From: Macrostomum lignano
Lineage: Eukaryota
DNA: 64,000 nt
Direction: 5' to 3'
NCBI GenBank assembly: GCA_002269645.1
Contig: NIVC01001217.1
Coordinates: forward strand, 78,247-142,246
Positions within the stretch are counted from its first letter, which is position 1, and each line of letters starts with the position of its first letter. The notes beneath the pieces were generated by a model, which saw nothing but the letters and a program-made list of their open reading frames with translations, was not told the origin of the DNA and did not search any database. The translations under genes were made by a program, and so were the position numbers. Below, piece after piece: positions 14,101 to 26,300 of the stretch.

Positions 14101-14601
14101 CGGGACCTCGCCTGCAGAAACGTGCTGGTCGCCTCGCCCAGGTGCGTGAAGATCACTGATTTCGGCCTGGCCCGCCTCATGGAGAATCCCAACGAAGAGT
14201 ACCAGGCCTCCGGTGGCAAGCTGCCTGTGAAGTGGCTGGCCCTCGAGTGCCTCGTCTGCCGGCGGTTCTCTCACAAATCCGACGTCTGGGCCTACGGGGT
14301 GACGCTCTGGGAGATCTTTATGTTCGGCGAGCCGCCCTACGCCAACGTGAGGCCGGTTGACCTCGCCGACTACCTGGAGAAAGGCGAACGTCTGCCGCAG
14401 CCGCCTATCTGCACCCTCGACGTGTACATCCTCATGATCAAATGCTGGATGCTGAACGAGTCCCAGCGGCCCAGCTTCGACCAGCTCGAGTCCAGCTTCC
14501 GCAAGATGTGCGACTCTCCGGGGCGCTACGTCTACATCAAAGGCGACAGGTTCGCGGCTGGTCGAAGGCCTCATCGCGACGACGGCAACTGCGGAGGAGG
14601 C

Positions 14602-14632
<31 letters not shown>

Positions 14633-15123
14633 ATGGCTGCAACGGGAGTTCCGGGTCCTCACCGACTGGCAGCGGCAGCAGCAGCTCGCAGGAGGCGCAC
14701 CGCGCGCCCGATGGCAGCGCCGGAGACGGTCTCGACGATGGCGAATATTCGCCTCTGGAGGTCAACGAGGAGGTGAACGTTGACGAGGTGTTCAGAGTGT
14801 CGCCTCCGCCGCTGGCTTCCGCCGAAACCGGCAGCACTGAGGTCGACGCCGACGCCGCCGCCTACGGCAAAGCAGCGGCTATGGCGAATCTTGGACCGAT
14901 GAAGCAGGGCGCAGTCCCTGAGAAGCTCGTGAACAACAAGTACTGCAGCGACCCGAGCTCCGACCAAGAGCTGCAAGACGACTACCTCAGGCCCAACTGC
15001 TCGACACAGGCCAGCCTGGCTACCGCGGTGTACAATCCCGAGTACTTCTTCAACGCGTCTCGTGCCGCGACGCCGAAGCCGCCGCCGCCTCAACAGGTGG
15101 GACAGACTGTGGATTCCCAATGA
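11119..15123 (+). CDS. EGFR: EGFR/ErbB-family receptor tyrosine kinase, single exon, 1334 aa
   Basis: Uninterrupted ORF: signal peptide, L1 domain (CQG...GCQIVIGDLHI), furin-like Cys-rich region, L2, further Cys-rich repeats (CHPECD...GCWGPGPDLC), TM helix LAVAYVGAGVVVVITLILGGITC. Kinase motifs GSGAFGTVYRG, VAIK, HRDLACRN, DFG, GGKLPVKWLALE, SDVWAYGVTLWE. Tail carries KYCSDP and NPEYF. Confidence 0.95.
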
Positions 15124-16889
15124 CATAGTCGTTTTAATTTTTGTATGTATTGTTCGTCTGTATGCATTTCCAGAGATATGCGACTTTTTTAGTCCGGAAA
15201 TGGAAGCGGAATATCATAGCTGAATAACTGTAGAAAGTTTAGGGGAAAACACAGTCTAGGATTCTAGAATGACTGGATGGGCCACTCAGGCATATATACT
15301 CGTACTTAGCAAAACAGCTTTCTACTTTCAGTTCAGTAGCAAAGAAGAATACATAAGCTATTTTATAAAAATAAAGGCAGCTGAAATGACTTTGATAAGT
15401 TTAGAAGCCAAGCTTGCAGGCGTAAACAACTTGCTAATTGGTTCAGCAGTAATGTACATTAGCCAGCGCCACTGAAATGTACATGGCAGCTTTAGGCTGG
15501 AATTCCGAGAAAGGCAATAAAATTGGGGGGGGGCGGGGCGGGGGGTAGTGTGGAAAGGCCGGTTTAAACTGGAGGTGGGTAAGAGCCAATAAATGAGCCT
15601 TGGCTTTAAAAATACATTAAAATGCTTCTGTTTAACTTTACTACTGAACTGAAAGTAGCTTACACGCAAATGTGCTGAGTGGCCCATCTATAGTTATTCT
15701 AATATCTGTGGGGAAAATAGCTAACTTGAACATCTGATCACAGAACTGTTCTGTTCTGTGCCTCTGATAGGGGCAGAGCAGCTTGTGGTAAACGCGCCCG
15801 ACTCTCGCACACCGCGCACGACCCTTGTTCCATAAATCGGTTCCATTTCGTAGAAACTAAAGTTGACATAAGATCCCAAATTTTCTCATCTAATTGTTCA
15901 CATTTGAGTACTAATTTTTTGTCTTCGGCTTTGTTGATTTTGTCCGTTAGCTTCATAGCTGTTTATCAGTGCGCGCCATACTACCGGTCTCGTGTATTCC
16001 AGCAATTTTCGTTTGCGCTTTCTGTAATTTGTTTCTGCTTTTAAAATTTGAACCGCTTTGAATGTTTTTTCTTCAAATAATTCACTCCGTTGTTTCTGCC
16101 CTTGCCCTGTTATTGAACTTCTAACAACCTGAAAGGGGATCTTAGTTCTCCCTTGTCTTTTCTCCCTTGCTAAGGAATAATTTTGACACATTCGTCAGTG
16201 ATTCTCTGCCAGATGTGAGTATTTTTGTAAGCTTACGGAGTCAGCACCGTGTCTATGCTAATGGAGTTGTTTTATACGACCGTAATTGTATTATGGTCTT
16301 ATGGAATATGGTTTCATTGCGCAATATAATTAACCGGTATAACTAAAATAAACATACACCTTAGCTTTGTATGAAGCATTGCATTGTCTCCGTTCAACTG
16401 CATTCTCAAAAATCGAGTTTGATCTTATTTCACTTATAGCTACAGCACTAAGTGCAGCTTTGAATAGGACTTGCCATTTCAAAGAATAAGTCATTAGTTG
16501 CACTAGTTTGATTATTGCCAAAATCAAAGCCATAAAAGTCAGTATTGTACTGTATTTGTATATTTGATTTCACTAATTAAGGGAAGGGGTGGCGGTGCTG
16601 ATAAGAATGCAAGCCTTGGCCTCAGTCCGAAGGTTAGAGTTGTTGAGACGAAGGGAGAGCTAATCAGAATGAGGCATGGGTTAGATAAGAGAAGCAAGGG
16701 TATTTTCAACAGACAGGTAGATTGTAGAAGTGCAGACGGGAGGACGATACGCGTAACCAATTTGTTACGGAGGCTAACTAAAGGACATAAAAATTGTCTG
16801 TACAAAGGCAACAATAGATAAAGAAAGGTATAAAATTATTTAATCCGACAGGACTCAGCTCAGCTCCGCTCCGAACTCAGCTCCATAGC

Positions 16890-17215
16890 ACGCACCATCC
16901 ACAGCACCCACCACCCCACAGCACCCGTCACCCACAGCACCCACCACCCCACAGCACCCATCACCCACAGCACCTACCACCCCACAGCACCCACCACCCA
17001 CAGCACCCGTCACCCACATCACCCACCACCCCACAGCACCTACCACCCCACAGCACCCGTCACCCCAGAGCACCCGTCACCCCAGAGCACCCATCACCCC
17101 ACAACACCCATCACCCACAACACCCACCACCCCACAGCACCCACCACCCCACAGCACCCACCACCCCACAGTACCCACCACCCACTGCACCAACTAACCA
17201 CAGCACCGACCACAG
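16890..17215. repeat. 17-18-bp minisatellite CACAGCACCCACCACCC
   Basis: Tandem units. Confidence 0.9.
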
Positions 17216-17741
17216 CATAACACTGATCGTTTTCCTCCTGTTTTGTCCGTCTCGCTATTCTGAGTCTGTTCTTAGCGGTCTTCGCTTTTTCGTTAAGCAA
17301 TGTTTCCCTACCGACTGATTCTGACAGCTTCTGCGGGACTGAGCGAGCAATTTACCTTGGCTCAGCTTATTGCAATTTATTTTTCCGTTATTACAATAGC
17401 ATCCGCAGTTTCGTCTCGAGGGTAATAATTAAATTTTCCACCCAGCATGCTGGTGTGGAATTGTGTTCTCTACTCGTAGGGGCTTTTTTAAAGAATAGAT
17501 CGTCTTATTACCCATCTGAATTTAGGGAGCAGTTTTCACTGCTCCAGATTTTCACCTGCTGTATTTCCTGTCAAATTTTGTCCGGTTACTCAGCTTGATG
17601 GAGTGCTCATCTGTTGAATTTTGTTGCCCTGGGTTATTGAAGAAGTGAAATTAAATTACAAATATCCTAATCAGGGCGAGTCCCCCTTTGAAAGAGCCAA
17701 CAAAAGCATGTCTTAGAGTTAACCTTAAAAATCATTAGCGA

Positions 17742-19236
17742 CAACAACAGCAAAACAGCAGCCAAAGCAACAACAACAGCAAAACAGCAGCCAAAGCAGC
17801 AACAGCAAAACAGCAGCCAAAGCAATAACAGCAAAACAGCAGCCAAAGCAACAACAACAGCAAAACAGCAGCCAAAGCAGCAACAGCAAAACAGCAGCCA
17901 AAGCAATAACAGCAAAACAGCAGCCAAAGCAACAACAGCAAAACAGCAGCCAAAGCAGCAACAGCAAAACAGCAGCCAAAGCAACAACAGCAAAACAGCA
18001 GCCAAAGCAACAACAGCAAAACAGCAGCCAAAGCAACAACAGCAAAACAGCAGCCAAAGCAACAACAGCAAAACAGCAGCCAAAGCAACAACAGCAAAAC
18101 AGCAGCCAAAGCAACAACAGCAAAACAGCAGCCAAAGCAACAACAGCAAAACAGCAGCCAAAGCAGCAACAGCAAAACAGCAGCCAAAGCAACAACAGCA
18201 AAACAGCAGCCAAAGCAACAACAACAGCAAAACAGCAGCCAAAGCAGCAACAGCAAAACAGCAGCCAAAGCAACAACAGCAAAACAGCAGCCAAAGCAAC
18301 AACAGCAAAACAGCAGCCAAAGCAACAACAGCAAAACAGCAGCCAAAGCAACAACAACAGCAAAACAGCAGCCAAAGCAGCAACAGCAAAATAGCAGCCA
18401 AAGCAATAACAGCAAAACAGCAGCCAAAGCAACAACAGCAAAATAGCAGCCAAAGCAACAACAGCAAAACAGCAGCCAAAGCAGCAACAGCAAAACAGCA
18501 GCCAAAGCAACAACAGCAAAACAGCAGCCAAAGCAACAACAGCAAAACAGCAGCCAAAGCAACAACAGCAAAACAGCAGCCAAAGCAACAACAGCAAAAC
18601 AGCAGCCAAAGCAACAACAGCAAAACAGCAGCCAAAGCAACAACAGCAAAACAGCAGCCAAAGCAGCAACAGCAAAACAGCAGCCAAAGCAACAACAGCA
18701 AAACAGCAGCCAAAGCAGCAACAGCAAAACAGCAGCCAAAGCAACAACAGCAAAACAGCAGCCAAAGCAACAACAGCAAAACAGCAGCCAAAGCAACAAC
18801 AGCAAAATAGCAGCCAAAGCAACAACAGCAAAACAGCAGCCAAAGCAATAACAGCAAAACAGCAGCCAAAGCAACAACAGCAAAACAGCAGCCAAAGCAA
18901 CAACTGCAAAATAGCAGCCAAAGCAACAACAGCAAAACAGCAGCCAAAGCAATAACAGCAAAACAGCAGCCAAAGCAACAACAGCAAAACAGCAGCCAAA
19001 GCAACAACAGCAAAACAGCAGCCAAAGCAACAACAGCGAAACAGCAGCAAAAGCAACAACAGCAAAACAGCCAAAGCAACAAGAACAGCAAAGCAGCGGC
19101 CAAAGCAACAACAGCAAAACAGCAGCCAAAGCAACAACAGCAAAGCAGCAGCAAAAACAACAACAACAGCAAAGCAGCAGCCAAAGCAACAACAGCAAAA
19201 CAGCAGTCAAAGCAACAACAGCAAAACAGCAGCCGA
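17742..19236. repeat. 26-bp minisatellite CAGCAAAACAGCAGCCAAAGCAACAA
   Basis: Tandem units built from CAR triplets. Confidence 0.95.
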
Positions 19237-19689
19237 CTAATGTTGAACTTCTTTGTAGTCAATAGAAAGCATAATACTAAACTTTCTACTTTTAGTAGAA
19301 CATTCGAAATGAGAATTCTGTGCAGAGCGCATAAAACGCGCCAATTCCATGCTGGCCCGATACGAAATTTCTTGTCGTAAGCGGGCGTGACGTTTCTCGC
19401 TTTCTGAGATCCGGTTGTGAAGAGCGAAAGTGCGGAGGCATTGAAATCAAATTTCTCCGGATTGCTGGCTTCTTACACAAATAATACTCTTAAGCCAGAG
19501 TCCGCATTGGAAGGAACGCGTTTGGTCTGGGATTTTCATCTTGTTGAAGAAATATTTAAAAAGCCAAACATTTGTATAAAAAAATCCTGATTTTTCTGAG
19601 AACTGCATTAAAACCTTGCTATGAGGGAACAGAATGGATTCCTAATCTATTCCAATTGTACGGATCCAATGCCAATCTATCCACAGACC

Positions 19690-20061
19690 ATGGATTGCTA
19701 ATCTATAGCTCATGGATTGCTAATCTATAGCTCATGGATTGCTAATCTATAGCTCATGGATTGCTAATCCATAGCTCATGGATTGCTAATCTATAGCTCA
19801 TGGATTGCTAATCTATAGCTCATGGATTGCTAATCTATAGCTCATGGATTGCTAATCTATAGCTCATGGATTGCTAATCCATAGCTCATAGATTGCTAAT
19901 CTATAGCTCATGGATTGCTAATCTATAGCTCATGGATTGCTAATCTATAGCTCATGGATTGCTAATCTATAGCTCATAGATTGCTAATCTATAGCTCATG
20001 GATTTCTAATCTATAGCTCATGGATTGCTAATCTATAGCTCATGGATTGCTAATCTATAGC
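19690..20061. repeat. 22-bp minisatellite ATGGATTGCTAATCTATAGCTC
   Basis: Tandem units. Confidence 0.93.
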
Positions 20062-20396
20062 AAATGAATTGCTAATCTCAACCTCACGAATTCCTAAGCA
20101 TCAGCTCAATAGGCCAAGCTTGATAAAGCACAGCCTACATAAGTCGAGAAGGCATAAATATCCTAAATTTTCTTCTCGGCTCTGGCCAGGCCTCTCTCCC
20201 CGCCGCTCAGCGGATTGGCTTTCGTTGCCATCTTATTGCTCGCGCGAGTGGCCAGACCGTGGGGGCTCTCCGTAGAAGTGCAAGCTGAGAACAAAACCTG
20301 AGTGCCTCAGTGCTGCCTGTGATTCTGGATATCTGCAGCTATTGAGCGTCGCTATTTGCTCATCATTCAATTCCCAGTGTTAATGCAGCTCTATAG

Positions 20397-23300
20397 CATT
20401 GCAACAGGATGCTGACTTCGGGAAAGTTCTCAGCCTTCATCATGGATGCAGCGAGTCTAATTGGACTGGTGAGAATAGCACTCACAGACCGCTTTTGCAT
20501 AACATTGTTAGACACTTGCATAGCACTGTTAGACCGCTTTTGCATAATACTATTAGACACTGGCATCAACCTGACAGACCGCTCTTGCATAACACTGTTA
20601 GACACTGGCATAAATCTCACAGACCGCTTTTGCATAACACTGTTAGACACTGGCATAAATCTCACAGACCGCTCTTGCATAACACTGTTAGACACTGGCA
20701 TAGCACTGTTAGACACTGGCATAAATCTCACAGACCGCTCTTGCATAGCACTGTTAGACACTGGCATAAATCTCACAGACCGCTCTTGCATAACACTGTT
20801 AGACACTGGCATAGCACTGTTAGACACTGGCATAAATCTCACAGACCGCTCTTGCATAACACTGTTAGACACTGGCATCACACTCACAGACCGCTCTTGT
20901 ATAACACTGTTAGACACTGGCATAGCACTCACAGACCGCTCTTGCATAACACTGTTAGACGTTTGCATAACACTATAAGTCTTTTATAACAAATGCACTT
21001 TTGAGATACGCCAGCTACTGAGATACCTCAGCTACTGAGATACCTCAGCTACTGAGATACCCCAGCTACTGAGATACCTCAGCTACTGAGATACCCCAGC
21101 TACTGAGATACCCCAGCTACTGAGATACCCCAGCTACTGAGATACCACAGCTACTGAGATACCTCAGCTACTGAGATACCTCAGCTACTGAGATACCCCA
21201 GCTACTGAGATACCTCAGCTACTGAGATACCCCAGCTACTGAGATACCCCAGCTAATGAGATACCTCAGCTACTGAGATACCCCAGCTACTGAGATACCC
21301 CAGCTAATGAGATACCTCAGCTACTGAGATACTCCAGCTACTGAGATACCCCAGCTAATGAGATACCTCAGCTACTGAGATACTCCAGCTACTGAGATAC
21401 CACAGCTACTGAGATACCGCAGCCACTGAGATACCCCCAGCTACTGCATGAGATACCCCAGCTACTGAGATACCACAGCTACTGAGATACCGCAGCCACT
21501 GAGATACCCCCAGCTACTGCATGAGATACCCCAGCTACTGAGATACCACAGCTACTGAGATACCGCAGCCACTGAGATACCCCAGCTACTGCATGAGATA
21601 CCCCAGCTACTGAGATACCACAGCTACTGAGATACCCCAGCTACTGAGATACCCCAGCCACTGAGATACTCTGCCATAATTAGCCCATTGCACTATATTT
21701 CCAGTAGTAAGTATTCCATAATATAATGTATTACATGTAACATCAGCCGGCTCTAACTATTGCGGCAGTGTAATGGGATCACGGATCAGATTGAGGAGTT
21801 TTATCCCTTCGCTAGATGTCTGGAATTAGCAGAGAAATCCTCAAGTACAGTGGACACCGTGAATCCGTGATCTGGCATAAGGAGCGAGTATAAACTTACA
21901 GCCCGATAGTGAGCCTGTGCGCTACTCACATCAAGACTGCTCTGCAGGGCCCGCAGCAGGACTGGTTATTGCTTAATACGAGAGCCGCTTTGGGGATATT
22001 GGGGGATAAGTGCAGCAGGGATTGCCTGAATTCCAATGGTCTCTGTTCTTCTGCTGCTTTTATTAGTTTCCTCGCCAGGCTGAGTTGAGGAGAATCAGGA
22101 GACATGGACTTCTAACAGATAGCATCTGGACTAAGGATTAGCCAAACACTTCCACCCAATCAACGTACAAATGATTTGAAATTGAGGCAGAAAAGATTGG
22201 GAAGACATTTTAAAGACCATCAATCCCATCTTACAATGCAGCATTTTCAGTCTGACCGGCTGAGCACGTTTGGTGGTCGGGCCAGAGATCTGCAAGGGGC
22301 CGTGGACAGCGCTGGTGCGCCCGCTCAATGCTCGCAGTCTGCTGTGGCGCAGTCACCAAATGATAGCGCAGAATCAGGCTGCCAGGTGAGAGTGAGAGTG
22401 TGAATGTGGGAGATCTACGAGAGCTCTCGAGTCTTAGATTATTGAGATCTACGAGGGTTATTGAGTCTTAGCTTGTTGAGATCAATGAGAGCTCTTAATT
22501 CTTGGATGATTGAGAGCTCTCGAGTCTTAGATGATCGAGATATATGACAGTTTTGAGTCTTAGATGATTGAGATCCATGAGAGCTCTCGACTCTTATCAG
22601 ATGATTCAGATCTATGGGAACTCTTGAGTCTTAAATTATTGAGATCTATGAGAGCTCTCGATTCTTAGACGATTCAGATCTATGAGAGCTCTCGAGTCTT
22701 ATATTATTGAGATCTACAAGAGATATTGAGTCTTAGCTTGTTTGAGATCTATGAAAGCTCTCGAGTCTTAGATAATTGAGATCTATGAGAGCTCTCGAGT
22801 CTTAGATAATTAACATCTATGAGAGCTCTCGAGTCTTAGATAATTGAGATCTACGAAGGCTCTCGAGTCTTAGATAATTGAGATCTACGAGAGCTCTCGA
22901 GTCTTAGATAATTGAGATCTATGAGAGCTCTCGAGTCTTAGATAATTTAGATTTATGAGAGCTCTCGAGTCTTAGATAATTGAGATCTATGAGAGCTCTC
23001 GAGTCTTAGATAATTGAGATCTATGAGAGCTCTCGAGTCTTAGATAATTGAGATCTACGAAGGCTCTCGAGTCTTAGATAATTGAGATCTACGAGAGCTC
23101 TCGAGTCTTAGATAATTGAGATCTATGAGAGCTCTCGAGTCTTAGATAATTTAGATTTATGAGAGCTCTCGAGTCTTAGATAATTGAGATCTACGAGAGC
23201 TCTCGAGTCTTAGATCATTGAGATCTATGAGAGCTCTCGAGTCTTAGATAATTGAGATCTACGAGAGCTCTCGAGTCTTAGATAATTGAGATCTATGAGA

Positions 23301-26300
23301 GCTCTCGAGTCTTAGATGATTGAGATCTATGAGAGCTCTCGAGTCTTAGATAATTGAGATCTATGAGAGCTCTCGAGTCTTAGATAATTGAGATCTATGA
23401 GAGCTCTCGAGTCTTAGATGATTGAGATCTATGAGAGCTCTCGAGTCTTAGATAATTGAGATCTACGAGAGCTCTTGAGTCTTAGATAATTGAGATCTAT
23501 GAGAGCTCTCGAGTCTTAGATGATTGAGATCTATGAGAGCTCTCGAGTCTTAGATAATTGAGATCTACGAGAGCTCTTGAGTCTTAGATAATTGAGATCT
23601 ACGAGAGCTCTCGAGTCTTAGATGATTGAAGATCTACAAGAGCTCTCGATTTCAGATTATTGAGATACATGAGAACTCTCGAGTCTTAATCCACTCAATA
23701 GTCCATTCAAACAATAAATCATTCCAGACTCAGTCGTCGAGAAGTCCGGAAGATGCAGCTCTGATGCAATTTTCGGGGTCAGTGCAAGAGAAATCCAGCA
23801 AAGAATTTTCTCGTGATTTGTCCTCTTTTTCAGATAATATGGCAGCCATTTCTAGTACTCGTGTAAGTAGACTATCTGCATTTATTGAGATTTTAGCTTT
23901 TTACTGCTAAAAGTGGTCACTGTATGTTATGCAGGTCGCAGTCCCGAGAGGCAGGCAAGGAGTTCGAAGTTCTGACGCATATGCTAGCAACTTGTGAGGC
24001 TCATCTGCTTTTCGAAATTGGCATCTGTCATTCACTCCTTTCACTCACTCACTCACTCCCCTCACTCACTCCCTTCACTCACTCCCTCCCTTCAATCACT
24101 CACTCCCTTCACTCACTAACTCCCTTCAATCACTCACTCCCTTCACTCACTAACTCCCTTCAATCACTCACTCCCCTTACTCACTCACTCCCTTCACTCC
24201 CTCCCTTTAATTCACTTACTTTCTTCACTCACTAACTCCCTTCAATCACTCATTCCCCTCATTCACTCACTCCCTTCACTCCCTCCCTTCAATCACTCAC
24301 TCCCTTCACTCACTAACTCCCTTCAATCACTCACTCCCTTCACTCACTAACTCCCTTCAATCACTCATTCCCCTTACTCACTCACTCCCTTCACTCCCTC
24401 CCTTCAATTCACTTACTTTCTTCACTCACTAATTCCTTTCACTCACTCACTCCCTCCACTCACTCTCTCCCTTCAATTCAAGTACTTTCTTCGCTCACTC
24501 CTTTCATTCACTCACTCTCTCACACACGCACTCCCTTCACTCAACCGACCCCGACCCCTTCACTAGAATTGTCCACTCACTACCACACCTATTAGGAATG
24601 GCGTGCCAAACGACTCGGCGCGACATTCTCTGGAAGATGACGTCATTATTGAAGATGCTAAAAATAGAAACAGCAGCAATAACACACAACGAAGCGACTA
24701 TGATGAAACGGCTGAGAAAGAGTCGACCTTGATCGAGGAGGCCAAGGATACGGATGTAGAGATGAGAGAAAGATTACACTTTATGATTACATAATTGGAA
24801 AGTGCTTCGCAATCGAATCTAATTAATTCTCTTTTTCAGTCCGTGTTTTATCCTCCAAGCTGCCCTCGCACAGCGGTTTTGAGTCGGACTTATTGGAGAT
24901 CGCTGGAACAGCTCAAGGTCGAGTGGAGCGAAGGCTCGGGTGAGACAGTTTTAAAGAATGGTCAGAGTAAGTGTCAGAGTGAGTGTCAGAGTGAGTGTCA
25001 GAGTGAGGGTGTCAGAGTGAGGGTGTCAGAGTGAGGGTGTCAGAGTGGATGTCAGAGTGAGTGTCAGAGTGAGTGTCAGAGTGGGTGTCAGAGTGAATGT
25101 CAGCCATAATCATCCGCAGCAGCTTCGGGGAACTCCTTAGCGGCAGACCAGGAGGCCTCCGCCACGCCACTGGGTGTGTGGAGCTCCGGCTGCAACGCGG
25201 AAGCGGCGGTCAGCCTCAGGCGGCAGCTCCGGGAGGACGCGGAATTGCGCAGGCTGGAGAGCCGGCTGGCCCGCCTGGGCGCCGAGTGCGAGAGGGGAGC
25301 AGCCGGGGCCGCGACGGACTGGCTGAGGGTCAAGCAGGCAAGGTCTCGCTGCATTTTGGCTGAGTTCGCTCCCTTCGTTCCGTTCTCTTCATTCTGCTCC
25401 CTCTAATTACATCATTTCATTCTCCGGCCCCATTATTCCCCAATTCCCCAGCTCCATCATTCCCCAGCTCCATCATTCCCCAGCTCCATCATTCCCCAGC
25501 TCCATCATTCCCCAGCTCCATCATTCCCCAGCTCCATCATTCCCCAGCTCCATCATTCCCCAGCTCCATCATTCCCCAGCTCCATCATTCCCCAGCTCCA
25601 TCATTCCCCAGCTCCATCATTCCCCAGCTCCATCATTCCCCAGCTCCATCATTCCCCAGCTCCATCATTCCCCAGCTCCATCATTCCCCAGCTCCATCAT
25701 TCCCCAGCTCCATCATTCCCCAGCTCCATCATTCCCCAGCTCCATCATTCCCCAGCTCCATCATTCCCCAGCTCCATCATTCCCCAGCTCCATCATTCCC
25801 CAGCTCCATCATTCCCCAGCTCCATCATTCCCCAGCTCCATCATTCCCCAGCTCCATCATTCCCCAGCTCCATCATTCCCCAGCTCCATCATTCCCCAGC
25901 TCCATCATTCCCCAGCTCCATCATTCCCCAGCTCCATCATTCCCCAGCTCCATCATTCCCCAGCTCCATCATTCCCCAGCTCCATCATTCCCCAGCTCCA
26001 TCATTCCCCAGCTCCATCATTCCCCAGCTCCATCATTCCCCAGCTCCATCATTCCCCAGCTCCATCATTCCCCAGCTTCATCATTCCCCGATTTCCCAGC
26101 TCCATCATTTCCCATTTCCTCAGCTCCATCATTTCCTCAGCTCCATCATTTCTCAGCTCCATCATTTCTCAGCTCCATCATTTCTCAGCTCCATCATTCC
26201 CCAGCTCCGCGCTTACAGCAGTTCCTCCTGAACCCCTTCAGGACCTGGAGTGCACCGGCTGCGAGCTTCGCCAGCTGCAGCTTCAGCGGCAGCGGCTCAG

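Noticed and set aside
15738-16821. Short Lys-rich ORFs downstream of EGFR
   Set aside because: No recognisable domain; cannot be linked to a gene or TE without a database search.
17667-19262. Three overlapping 470-530-aa hydrophobic Cys-rich ORFs on the minus strand
   Set aside because: A 26-bp array that lacks stop codons in all three minus frames; no unique coding flanks.
20190-20280. Candidate extra 5' exon of the dystrophin-like gene (PLSGLAFVAILLLA)
   Set aside because: Spacing to the next exon is plausible but there is no convincing donor; left out of the model.
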